A model generated the notes under the pieces. That model was not told the DNA's origin. It ran no database searches and worked only from the letters and a program-made list of their open reading frames with translations. The position numbers and the translations under genes were made by a program. DNA of 63,516 bases, the filler included. It is 7 parts of 7 records of this genome, joined end to end, with 100 filler letters (N's around TTAATTAATTAA, not from the genome) between each part and the next. Parts side by side here need not be neighbours in the genome. Positions count along the whole stretch, not along the records: positions 8,514 to 27,413 come from DRR723986_9455; 6 more parts are not named here. One strand, given 5' to 3'. Position 1 is the first letter of the stretch. Every line of letters begins with the position of its first letter. Positions 9,419 through 18,089 of this stretch are shown piece by piece.

Positions 9419-10627
9419 TTGCGTAATCTTGCGGGTGCCTCGGCAGCCAGATCTGCAGGAGTAGCACTGCAGCGCCCGATTCTGGGTTGTTGCAGTCGGT
9501 GTGTAGCCGAGTTGTTGAAGGATACCGCCATATTTGTCGGCGGCAGAAGGGCGGAACATTTGGCAAAGTCTCTGGAGACCCTCGTAGCAGCGCAGTGCTT
9601 TACGCGCCAGTTGTCCGGTTCCAATACCGCATGCAGCCGTCTTGCCGCACTTCTGGGAGCGGGGTTGCTGGTTTTGAGCGGTACAATCGCTGGCGTGCGT
9701 GCGGATGAACAGCATTTCATCACGATTGGCACCGGCGGCGTTACCGGCGTCTACTATCCGTCCGGCGGGGCGACTTGCAAGATCGTCAACATGACACGCG
9801 CCGACCACGGCGTTCGTTGCTCAGTCGAAACCACGCTGGGGTCAATTGCCAATATCGAAAAGATTCGTTCCGGTGAAATCGATTTTGGTTATGTGCAGTC
9901 CGACTGGCAGCATCACGCTTTTCTCGGGACCTCTGCCTTTGAAGAGGTCGGGCCGTTTGACGAGCTACGCTCCATCTTTTCACTTCATGCCGAAGTCGCA
10001 ACGATCGTCGTTCGAGACGAATCTTCTTATCGGGTCTTCGATGATTTGAAAGAGGCAAAGATAAATATCGGCAGCAAGGGATCGGGATCTGCTGCTTCCT
10101 GGAACGCACTGATCAGCGGCCTTGGCTGGACGCAGAGCGATCAGGAAGATCTTGAAGAGCTCAAGACATCGGAGCTGTCTGAAGCGCTTTGTTCAGGCAG
10201 AATTGATGCCTATTTCGAATTGATAGGTCATCCGGCTGCGTTGATCGAGGAAACTCAGGCTCGTTGCGATATTCGACTGATTGGTATCGATGGCAAGGCG
10301 GTTGACGAGCTTTTGACAGAAGTTCCCTACTACATGCCGGCCGACATCCCTGCGGGCCTTTATGGTCTTTCGCAGCCAGTGGATTCCTTCGGCGTTGTCG
10401 CGACCTTCGTAACGTCTGCGCGCATGCCTGAACCGATCGTGACAACACTCGTACAAGCGGTTTTCGAAAATTTCGACAGCTTCAAGCGTCTGCATCCTGC
10501 ACTTGGCCGCCTGACCGAAAATGACCTGGTTGCCTACGGGATGCCGGCGCCGCTACATCCTGGCGCATTGACCTATTTCCAGGAAAAAGGCCTAGTGCCC
10601 GCAACCGCACCGGCCAAGGCAAACTGA
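9419..10627 (+). CDS. TAXI-family TRAP transporter solute-binding protein (true start probably near 9560)
   Basis: FITIGTGGVTGVYY, GSIANI, VQSDWQ, INIGSKGSG, PLHPGALTYF motifs. Confidence 0.9.
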   Translation: MRNLAGASAARSAGVALQRPILGCCSRCVAELLKDTAIFVGGRRAEHLAKSLETLVAAQCFTRQLSGSNTACSRLAALLGAGLLVLSGTIAGVRADEQHFITIGTGGVTGVYYPSGGATCKIVNMTRADHGVRCSVETTLGSIANIEKIRSGEIDFGYVQSDWQHHAFLGTSAFEEVGPFDELRSIFSLHAEVATIVVRDESSYRVFDDLKEAKINIGSKGSGSAASWNALISGLGWTQSDQEDLEELKTSELSEALCSGRIDAYFELIGHPAALIEETQARCDIRLIGIDGKAVDELLTEVPYYMPADIPAGLYGLSQPVDSFGVVATFVTSARMPEPIVTTLVQAVFENFDSFKRLHPALGRLTENDLVAYGMPAPLHPGALTYFQEKGLVPATAPAKAN

Positions 10628-10753
10628 CCGGTGTTCACAGCTCTCCAAATGGTGAGCACCTTGTGTCTTTGGTCAAAGCAGGGAAGCGGCTAATAAGGTC
10701 GCTCCGAGCCTCGCCGGATTGCCGGTGGGCTGCCTGAACAACCGGAATGTCGA

Positions 10754-11494
10754 ATGATCCAGGAAGTCACCATCATAGGCGCCGCGCTTGCCGGTGTCCT
10801 ATCTTTTGTCTCGCCTTGCGTCCTGCCGTTGGTGCCACCTTACCTGGGGTTCCTTGCGGGCGTTTCGCTGGAGCAACTATCAGGTGAAGCAGAAGACAGC
10901 ACGGCTGCATCGCGTCGGGTGTTTCTGAGTGCCCTGTTCTTTGTGCTTGGTTTTTCAACCGTGTTCGTTTTGCTGGGGGCGACGGCCAGTTTTCTTGGCC
11001 AGTTCATTCGCGCCTATCTCGATTACCTGAGCTATATTGCCGGCGCCGCGATCATCGTTATGGGCCTGCATTTCCTTGGCGTGTTCCGCATAGGCCTGCT
11101 TTACAAGGAAGCGCGTGTTCACGTGGAGAAAAAGCCTGCGGGTCCGCTTGGCGCCTATGTCATCGGCCTTGCCTTCGGCTTTGGCTGGACACCTTGTGTC
11201 GGCCCAATACTGGCTGCCATTCTGTTTGTCGCTGGCGGAAAAGAAACGGTGGGGCAGGGAGCCTTGCTCTTGAGCGCGTATGCACTCGGCCTCGGTATCC
11301 CGTTCCTGATTGCAGCGCTTTTCGCTTCGCCGTTTCTCAAGTTCATGCGGCGGTTCCGCAAGCACATGGGTGTCGTCGAAAAGACCATGGGCGGCGTTCT
11401 CGTATTGACCGGGGTCATGTTTCTGACCGGGCAGATGGCGGTCTTGTCCTATTGGCTCCTGGAAACGTTCCCCGCACTGCAGACCATCGGGTAA
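10754..11494 (+). CDS. ccdA: Cytochrome c biogenesis protein CcdA (DsbD transmembrane domain)
   Basis: LSFVSPCVLPLVP and FGWTPCVGPIL conserved Cys motifs; multiple TM helices. Confidence 0.92.
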   Translation: MIQEVTIIGAALAGVLSFVSPCVLPLVPPYLGFLAGVSLEQLSGEAEDSTAASRRVFLSALFFVLGFSTVFVLLGATASFLGQFIRAYLDYLSYIAGAAIIVMGLHFLGVFRIGLLYKEARVHVEKKPAGPLGAYVIGLAFGFGWTPCVGPILAAILFVAGGKETVGQGALLLSAYALGLGIPFLIAALFASPFLKFMRRFRKHMGVVEKTMGGVLVLTGVMFLTGQMAVLSYWLLETFPALQTIG

Positions 11495-11564
11495 ACGCAG
11501 CGCCAAGGTTCTTCGCCTTGGCGCATTGCATCAACCGACTGAAATCTAACGAGATTAGGTTGCC

Positions 11565-12830
11565 TTAAAACGCCGTGTCGCGAAATTCCGCCGCAGTTAC
11601 GAGCGGGTCACCCGCGAACAGGGCCGGGTGACAGAGCTCAGTTACATCCAACAGGTGAAGACACGCAACGGCAGCGTCCGCCGCATTGGCAAACGGTCCG
11701 ACCATCAAGGCAATACCGCCTTGAGGCGTATTTCGTTCCATCAGGAGCGGGCGAAGGTCACGCATGCGTTCCGCATTTTGATTCTTGAAATCGGCCCAGG
11801 CTTTTGCTGCTGCAGCAGTTGAGCTGTAGTGACCGATAATCGCCCCGAAATCGCTTCGTTTCAGTTTGCTGTCACCGCCACCGCGAAGCCGTCCGGCGGG
11901 ACTGGAAGGCGTGATAACCACAGGTCGACTTGTCGTCTGGGTAGGTGTTGCGTCGAACGGCTCCGGCGAGGGCGGTGTAGAAGGCGTATTGTCTTCAACA
12001 GCCAAGGGTATTGAACCTGTCGCTTGGGGTTCCCCACCTGGTGCGGGTAGATCTATCCTTGGCAGGTCGACTATCCGGACCGGTTCGGCAGGATTGAAAC
12101 TTCGGGTAGGCGCGTCGACTGAAGCGGTTCCAGGGTCGATGCTGACCATCCGGGGAGGCGCCTTGGGAACATCAAGGGCCGGCGTTGAAACCTGTTTCTT
12201 GGTGTCCGCCTGATCTGGTGCCGCAGAAGTCGTCTGGTTCAGCTTTGAAGCATCGCGTTTTGCTTTAGGCGACGCTACGGGGACGGGAAGTGGTTTATCC
12301 AGTTTTTCCGTCACCTCGGTGCGGACGATGCCCGGGCTCGGTTCCACTGGTTCGCCGCTGTCTCTATCGGTGTTTCCCGTTTCAGAAAGCCTGGAAAAAG
12401 CAGCTTCCTTCTCCAGTGCTGCGATGCGGCGCGAATACGCAAGATTTTGTTCGGCAAGTGCGCTAAGGCGTCGACGCAACCCGACGATTTCTTTTTGAAG
12501 CACCGCGATCTGGCTCTGGTCCAGACCGGGAAGGGGGGCGTGATCGCTATTTTCCGGCAACTGCATGACTTCTACCGACCCCCCTCTGCCGAAAGGTGAC
12601 GTGATGGAGGCAGTTGAACCCACGCTTCCGATCGGGGGCAGAGTTATTCCCGTCGGGAAATCGAACTTCGGTGTGAACTGGCCGTGGGCATTGCTGAACT
12701 GATAGGAAGCAAGGCCGACAGTTCCCATGCAAACGGCCGCAAATGCCCAGGAAAGCAGGCCGACACGCGAAGGCGTGAACGTATCCCGGACAACGTCCCG
12801 AACAGATTTTTGTGCCTTCCGTTTTGCCAA
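11565..12830 (-). CDS. Membrane-anchored protein with coiled coil, Pro-rich linker and C-terminal SPOR-like domain
   Basis: N-terminal TM helix; C-terminal FGAIIG...AAAKAWADF...LMVGPFANAADAAVAC. Confidence 0.7.
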   Translation of the reverse strand: MAKRKAQKSVRDVVRDTFTPSRVGLLSWAFAAVCMGTVGLASYQFSNAHGQFTPKFDFPTGITLPPIGSVGSTASITSPFGRGGSVEVMQLPENSDHAPLPGLDQSQIAVLQKEIVGLRRRLSALAEQNLAYSRRIAALEKEAAFSRLSETGNTDRDSGEPVEPSPGIVRTEVTEKLDKPLPVPVASPKAKRDASKLNQTTSAAPDQADTKKQVSTPALDVPKAPPRMVSIDPGTASVDAPTRSFNPAEPVRIVDLPRIDLPAPGGEPQATGSIPLAVEDNTPSTPPSPEPFDATPTQTTSRPVVITPSSPAGRLRGGGDSKLKRSDFGAIIGHYSSTAAAAKAWADFKNQNAERMRDLRPLLMERNTPQGGIALMVGPFANAADAAVACLHLLDVTELCHPALFAGDPLVTAAEFRDTAF

Positions 12831-13012
12831 AAGTCCTGCTTTCCGAGCCTGAAACCGAATCTCAAAGAAGATACCTCATCAGGTGTGCATTATGGTTAAT
12901 GAAAAGCAAACCGAAGCACTCAGGAAGTCAGATCTTTCAATGTTCTGTGGATCGGGGCATATAGAGGCCGACTTGTGTGGGTGATGCCCGAAAAATTGAC
13001 AGTGGACCTTTG

Positions 13013-14368
13013 ATGACTTCCCGTTCTTGCCTTTCGATTGTTCTGGCCGCCGGACTTGGCACCCGGATGAAATCCAACCTGCCAAAGGTGATGCATGAGA
13101 TCGGCGGACTGCCGTTGGTCGGGCATGTGGTAAAGGCCCTGAAACAGGCTGGCTCTGAGCGAATTTCCGTCGTAACCGGCCCAGATATGCCCGAGCTTGA
13201 AAAGCTGGTTCAAAACCTTGCGCCGGAAGCGCATTGTCATGTCCAGCACGAGAGGCTGGGTACGGCTCACGCGGCGCTTGCCGCCCGTTCTGCGCTGGCC
13301 TCGCCTTCGGACGATGTCCTGATCCTATTCGGCGACACTCCACTGGTGACGGCAGACACGATCGGCAAAGTTCGACGGGCCTTGTCGGATGGCGCAGACC
13401 TGGCCGTGCTTGGGTTCGAAACCCAACAACCATTCGGCTATGGCCGTTTGCTGACCGATAACGGGCAACTTGTTGCCATTCGGGAAGAAAAGGACGCCTC
13501 GGACGAAGAACGGAGGATCACGTTCTGCAACTCCGGCATCATGGGTTTCTCGGGGCAGCATGCGCTTTCTTTGTTGGATGCGATTGGCAATGCCAATGCC
13601 AAGAGCGAATTTTACCTGACGGACGCGGTTGAAATCGCCAACAGCAGGGGCTTGAAGGTTGTTGCGGTTTCCGGCTCGGAAGTCGAAACGCAAGGCATCA
13701 ATACACGTGCTCAGCTGGCTGCCTGTGAAGAGGATTTCCAGGTTCGTATGCGTAATTTTGCTTTGGAAAACGGCTGCACATTGCTTGCGCCCCAAACGGT
13801 TTATTTCTCGCATGATACCATTCTGGAATCTGATGTGGTCGTAGAGCAGAATGTCGTCTTCGCCCCGGGGGTAAGGGTCGCAAGCGGAGCAAGGATCCGC
13901 GCCTTCAGTCACCTTGAGGGGGCGTCCGTTGGCAGGAACAGCGCTGTTGGTCCCTATGCCCGTCTGCGGCCCGGCGCGGTTCTGGGGGCCGGCACCCGTG
14001 TCGGCAACTTTGTCGAAGTCAAAAACACGACCTTCGAAGACGGTGCCAAAGCCAATCATCTAAGCTACATCGGCGACGCCAGTGTCGGTTCGAAATCGAA
14101 CATTGGTGCTGGCACCATTACCTGCAATTACGACGGCTACCTGAAACACCGGACAGAGATTGGAGCGGGCAGTTTTGTCGGTTCCAATTCCACGCTGGTG
14201 GCACCGGTCAGCCTTGGCAGTGGGTCTTTTGTCGCTGCCGGAAGCGTGATCACCGATGATGTGGACCAGGATTCCATGGCATTTGGCCGTGCTCGGCAGA
14301 TCGTCAAGGAAGGCAAGGCAAAACAGCTGCGGGACCGGCTGAAGGCTGCCAAGGAAAGCAAATCCTGA
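13013..14368 (+). CDS. glmU: Bifunctional UDP-GlcNAc pyrophosphorylase / glucosamine-1-phosphate acetyltransferase
   Basis: LAAGLGTRMKSNLPKVMH, GPYARLRPG, GNFVEVK, NIGAGTITCNYDG. Confidence 0.97.
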   Translation: MTSRSCLSIVLAAGLGTRMKSNLPKVMHEIGGLPLVGHVVKALKQAGSERISVVTGPDMPELEKLVQNLAPEAHCHVQHERLGTAHAALAARSALASPSDDVLILFGDTPLVTADTIGKVRRALSDGADLAVLGFETQQPFGYGRLLTDNGQLVAIREEKDASDEERRITFCNSGIMGFSGQHALSLLDAIGNANAKSEFYLTDAVEIANSRGLKVVAVSGSEVETQGINTRAQLAACEEDFQVRMRNFALENGCTLLAPQTVYFSHDTILESDVVVEQNVVFAPGVRVASGARIRAFSHLEGASVGRNSAVGPYARLRPGAVLGAGTRVGNFVEVKNTTFEDGAKANHLSYIGDASVGSKSNIGAGTITCNYDGYLKHRTEIGAGSFVGSNSTLVAPVSLGSGSFVAAGSVITDDVDQDSMAFGRARQIVKEGKAKQLRDRLKAAKESKS

Positions 14369-14485
14369 CTTTCATACAATTCTCGACCCTTGTCATTTAA
14401 TGAAACAGGGATTGATTTCTGGTTGGCAGGCGCTGTCGTCTAAAGCAGTGCGGTCCATTGGATCCATTTTTAAAGGGCTTTTTGC

Positions 14486-16312
14486 ATGTGTGGCATTGTT
14501 GGCGTGTTGGGAACGGTTGATGCGGCGCCGCGGATCGTGGATTCGCTGAAGCGGCTGGAATACCGGGGCTATGATTCTGCTGGCGTTGCCACATTGGTGG
14601 ATGGTGCCATCGTGCGCCGCAGGGCGGAAGGCAAGCTGCGCAATCTTGAAGCTGTTCTCGAAAAGTCACCCCTGACAGGCATCTCCGGGATCGGTCACAC
14701 ACGGTGGGCAACACACGGTGCACCAACTGTTGCCAATGCCCACCCGCACCAGGCCGGCTCGGTTGCCGTCGTTCATAATGGTATCATCGAAAACTATCTG
14801 GAACTGCGAGAGGAAATCGTCGCTGCCGGCGCCGTGCTGGATACCGAAACCGACACAGAAGTCGTGGCCCATCTGGTCAATCTGGCGATGGGGAAGGGAC
14901 TTTCTCCTCGAGATGCTGTTGCACAGGTTCTGCCGCGCCTGAAGGGTGCTTTTGCATTGGCGATGCTGTTTTCCGGTGAGGAAGATCTTCTTATCGGTGC
15001 CCGCAAAGGATCGCCGCTTGCTGTCGGGCATGGAGACGGGGAAATGTTCTTCGGGTCCGATGCCATCGCCCTGTCGCCGTTTACCGACCGGATTACCTAT
15101 CTTGATGAGGGCGATTGGGCCGTCATCACAAGGGCAGGTGTTGAGATCTTCGATCATGCGAACCAGCCTGTCACGCGCCCGGAAGCAAGGTCGTCTGTCA
15201 CCTCCAGTCTTATGGACAAGGGCAACTACAAGCACTTCATGGCCAAGGAAATCCACGAGCAGCCGGAAGTGCTGGGCCATACGCTGTCACGCTATTTCGA
15301 TTACACGACCAAGCGAGCCCGTGTGGAAGGGGCTGACCAACTCAAGTTCAAGGACCTGTCGCGCCTGATCATCACGGCCTGTGGAACGGCGTATCTTGCC
15401 GGTCTGGTGTCCAAATACTGGTTCGAGAAATACGCCCGCCTTCCAGTAGAGATCGATATCGCCAGCGAGTTCCGCTATCGCGAAACACCGGTGAGCGACA
15501 AGGACACAGCGCTGGTGATTTCCCAGTCTGGTGAAACTGCAGACACGCTCGCCTCACTGCGCTACTGCAAGACGAATGGTGCCACGATCGGTGCGATCGT
15601 CAATGTGCCGGAAAGCACGATAGCCCGGGAAGCCGACAGGGTTTTCCAGACCATTGCCGGACCTGAAATCGGCGTTGCCTCGACAAAGGCCTTCACGTGT
15701 CAGCTTGCGGTGCTCGCCGGTCTTGCCCTGCAGGCCGGACGGGAGCGCGGCGTGCTGACGCCGGAGCGGGAGCAGGAGCTTGTCGCGGAATTGATCGAAG
15801 TGCCGAGCCTCGCTCTCAAGGCCCTGGCCCGTGAAAGCGATATCGAGAAACTGGCGCATCCGCTCTCCAAGGCAAGCAATGCACTTTACCTCGGCCGGGC
15901 AACCAATTTCCCGCTTGCTCTGGAAGGCGCGCTGAAGCTCAAGGAGCTCTCCTACATCCACGCAGAAGGCTACGCTGCCGGGGAACTCAAGCACGGTCCT
16001 ATAGCCCTCATCGATGAAAACATGCCGGTTTTCGTGATCGCGCCCTTTGACGCGATTTACGAGAAAACCGTTTCCAACATGCAGGAAGTGGCCGCGCGCG
16101 GCGGACGGATCGTGCTCATCACAGACGAGCGCGGTGCGTCGGAGTGTGGCAATGCGGCCGAAAATACCGTCATTCTTCCCGACATGTCGGATATAGTTGC
16201 GCCGATCATCTACGCGTTGCCTGTTCAACTCATCGCTTACCACACGGCTGTCTTCATGGGCACCGATGTCGATCAGCCGAGGAACCTGGCCAAATCCGTG
16301 ACGGTTGAATAG
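14486..16312 (+). CDS. glmS: Glutamine--fructose-6-phosphate aminotransferase
   Basis: MCGIVG start, LEYRGYDSAG, GHTRWATHG, SQSGETADT, C-terminal PRNLAKSVTVE. Confidence 0.98.
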   Translation: MCGIVGVLGTVDAAPRIVDSLKRLEYRGYDSAGVATLVDGAIVRRRAEGKLRNLEAVLEKSPLTGISGIGHTRWATHGAPTVANAHPHQAGSVAVVHNGIIENYLELREEIVAAGAVLDTETDTEVVAHLVNLAMGKGLSPRDAVAQVLPRLKGAFALAMLFSGEEDLLIGARKGSPLAVGHGDGEMFFGSDAIALSPFTDRITYLDEGDWAVITRAGVEIFDHANQPVTRPEARSSVTSSLMDKGNYKHFMAKEIHEQPEVLGHTLSRYFDYTTKRARVEGADQLKFKDLSRLIITACGTAYLAGLVSKYWFEKYARLPVEIDIASEFRYRETPVSDKDTALVISQSGETADTLASLRYCKTNGATIGAIVNVPESTIAREADRVFQTIAGPEIGVASTKAFTCQLAVLAGLALQAGRERGVLTPEREQELVAELIEVPSLALKALARESDIEKLAHPLSKASNALYLGRATNFPLALEGALKLKELSYIHAEGYAAGELKHGPIALIDENMPVFVIAPFDAIYEKTVSNMQEVAARGGRIVLITDERGASECGNAAENTVILPDMSDIVAPIIYALPVQLIAYHTAVFMGTDVDQPRNLAKSVTVE

Positions 16313-16315
16313 TCC

Positions 16316-16756
16316 ATGGACAGCAAAAGCACGCAAGATCGGGTTTTGTCCTTCGAGGAGCGGTACAGGGCTGACGTCATTGCGCTCTGGGAGAAATGTG
16401 GCCTGATGCGCCCGTGGAATGATCCGGACAAGGACATCGACCGCAAGCAGACCGACGAAAACGGAGCCTTCTTCGTGCTTCTGCGCGGGGACAGGCTTAT
16501 CGGGTCCGTCATGGCCGGGTATGACGGCCACCGCGGCTCGATCAACTATCTTTCAGTCGATCCCGAATGCCAGACGGTGGGCCTTGGGAAAATGCTGATG
16601 AGCCGCTGCGAGGCATTCCTGGTTGCGAAGGGCTGTCCGAAGATCAACCTTATGGTACGTCAGGACAATGACAAGGTTCTGCGTTTTTACGAACAACTCG
16701 GATATGCGGAGGAAAGCGCTGTTTCCCTTGGGAAGCGGCTTATTCCAGACATTTAG
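16316..16756 (+). CDS. GNAT acetyltransferase (YpeA-like)
   Basis: RPWNDP, MAGYDGHRG, GCPKINLMVR, FYEQLGY. Confidence 0.88.
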   Translation: MDSKSTQDRVLSFEERYRADVIALWEKCGLMRPWNDPDKDIDRKQTDENGAFFVLLRGDRLIGSVMAGYDGHRGSINYLSVDPECQTVGLGKMLMSRCEAFLVAKGCPKINLMVRQDNDKVLRFYEQLGYAEESAVSLGKRLIPDI

Positions 16757-16765
16757 CCCGTCGAC

Positions 16766-17185
16766 CTATGACGGATCCTTGCAACCGTCGGGAGGGGTGT
16801 TGCCCGGGCCCGATGGACGAGACAGGACGTAGGCTGCGCAGCCGATCATGAACAGTCCGACACCTATGGCAAGCCACAGGTCAGGATGGGCTGAAAGATA
16901 GAAGACGCAATATCCGAAGGTCATTCCGGAAATGGCGAAGATCTTTGCCTTCGGCGGGATCGCGCCATGTTCGCGCCAGGCAATCACTGGCGGCCCGAAG
17001 ATAGGGTGGTTGAGGATGCGCGCCTCAAGTGCGGGAGAGGATCTGGCAAAACAGGCAGCGGCGAGGATGAAGAAGATCGTGCTCGGCAGAATGGGAAGGA
17101 ACGCACCGACAATCCCGAGGCCGACACATCCGGTTCCCAGAAGTTTGAACGTGGTCCGCCGCAACACTGCCTCCAAATCCGGCAT
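16766..17185 (-). CDS. YbaN/DUF454 family membrane protein
   Basis: GAFLPILPSTIFFILAAACFARSS, HPIFGP, WREHGAIP. Confidence 0.85.
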   Translation of the reverse strand: MPDLEAVLRRTTFKLLGTGCVGLGIVGAFLPILPSTIFFILAAACFARSSPALEARILNHPIFGPPVIAWREHGAIPPKAKIFAISGMTFGYCVFYLSAHPDLWLAIGVGLFMIGCAAYVLSRPSGPGNTPPDGCKDPS

Positions 17186-17307
17186 AATTTGAATACATCG
17201 CTGAAAAATAAATCAAGCGAAGGATACCGCACTGCGATAAAGATGCTTATCTAATTGCGGGTCAGTTGAAAAGACGAGCACACACAGGGAAGTTTCGGGT
17301 TTAACCC

Positions 17308-18045
17308 ATGAGCCGACACAAACATAAAGCAGAAGACGCGCACAAGATAGGCCATCGACCGGGTGCGGCAACACGTCTTCGCAACTACTTCCTGACAGGG
17401 CTGGTCATCGCCGGCCCGATCGGCATTACCCTGTGGTTGACCTGGACCTTCATCAAATGGGTGGATGGCTGGGTCAAGCCGTTTGTACCCAAGATCTACA
17501 ATCCGGACACCTACCTGCCGTTTCCGATACCCGGTTTCGGGCTCATTGTTGCAGTGTTTGTCCTCACGGTCGTCGGCTTTCTTGCAGCAAACTTCCTTGG
17601 GCGCAGTCTTATCTCGGTTGGCGAAAAAATCGTCGGTCGCATGCCGCTCGTTCGTAACATTTACAGTGGCTTGAAGCAGATTTTTGAGACAGTGCTTGAT
17701 CAGCGCGGAAGCAGCTTCACTACAGCGGCGCTGATCGAATATCCACGTAGAGGCCTATGGGCGATTGTGTTCATCTCCACCGACACCAAGGGCGAAGTGG
17801 AGCGCCGGCTCAAGGACAAGGCCGATACACTTTCCGTATTCCTCCCGACCACGCCGAACCCGACATCGGGATTTTTGCTGTTTGTTCCGAAGGAAGATGT
17901 GATTGAACTGGACATGAGTGTCGAAGATGCCGCAAAGCTCGTGATCTCGGCTGGTCTGGTCAATCCGAAATATCCGGAAATTCTCGCAGACGATATTGTC
18001 GATCCGGCGCAGCTGGAACGGGTGAGAAGCTCTGAAGACGCCTGA
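17308..18045 (+). CDS. DUF502 family membrane protein
   Basis: FLTGL, IEYPRRG, VFLPTTPNPTSGFL, AKLVISAG. Confidence 0.88.
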   Translation: MSRHKHKAEDAHKIGHRPGAATRLRNYFLTGLVIAGPIGITLWLTWTFIKWVDGWVKPFVPKIYNPDTYLPFPIPGFGLIVAVFVLTVVGFLAANFLGRSLISVGEKIVGRMPLVRNIYSGLKQIFETVLDQRGSSFTTAALIEYPRRGLWAIVFISTDTKGEVERRLKDKADTLSVFLPTTPNPTSGFLLFVPKEDVIELDMSVEDAAKLVISAGLVNPKYPEILADDIVDPAQLERVRSSEDA

Positions 18046-18089
18046 GTGCGTTAAGCCGTGTAATCCATTGTCCGCTTTGCCCTACGTCG

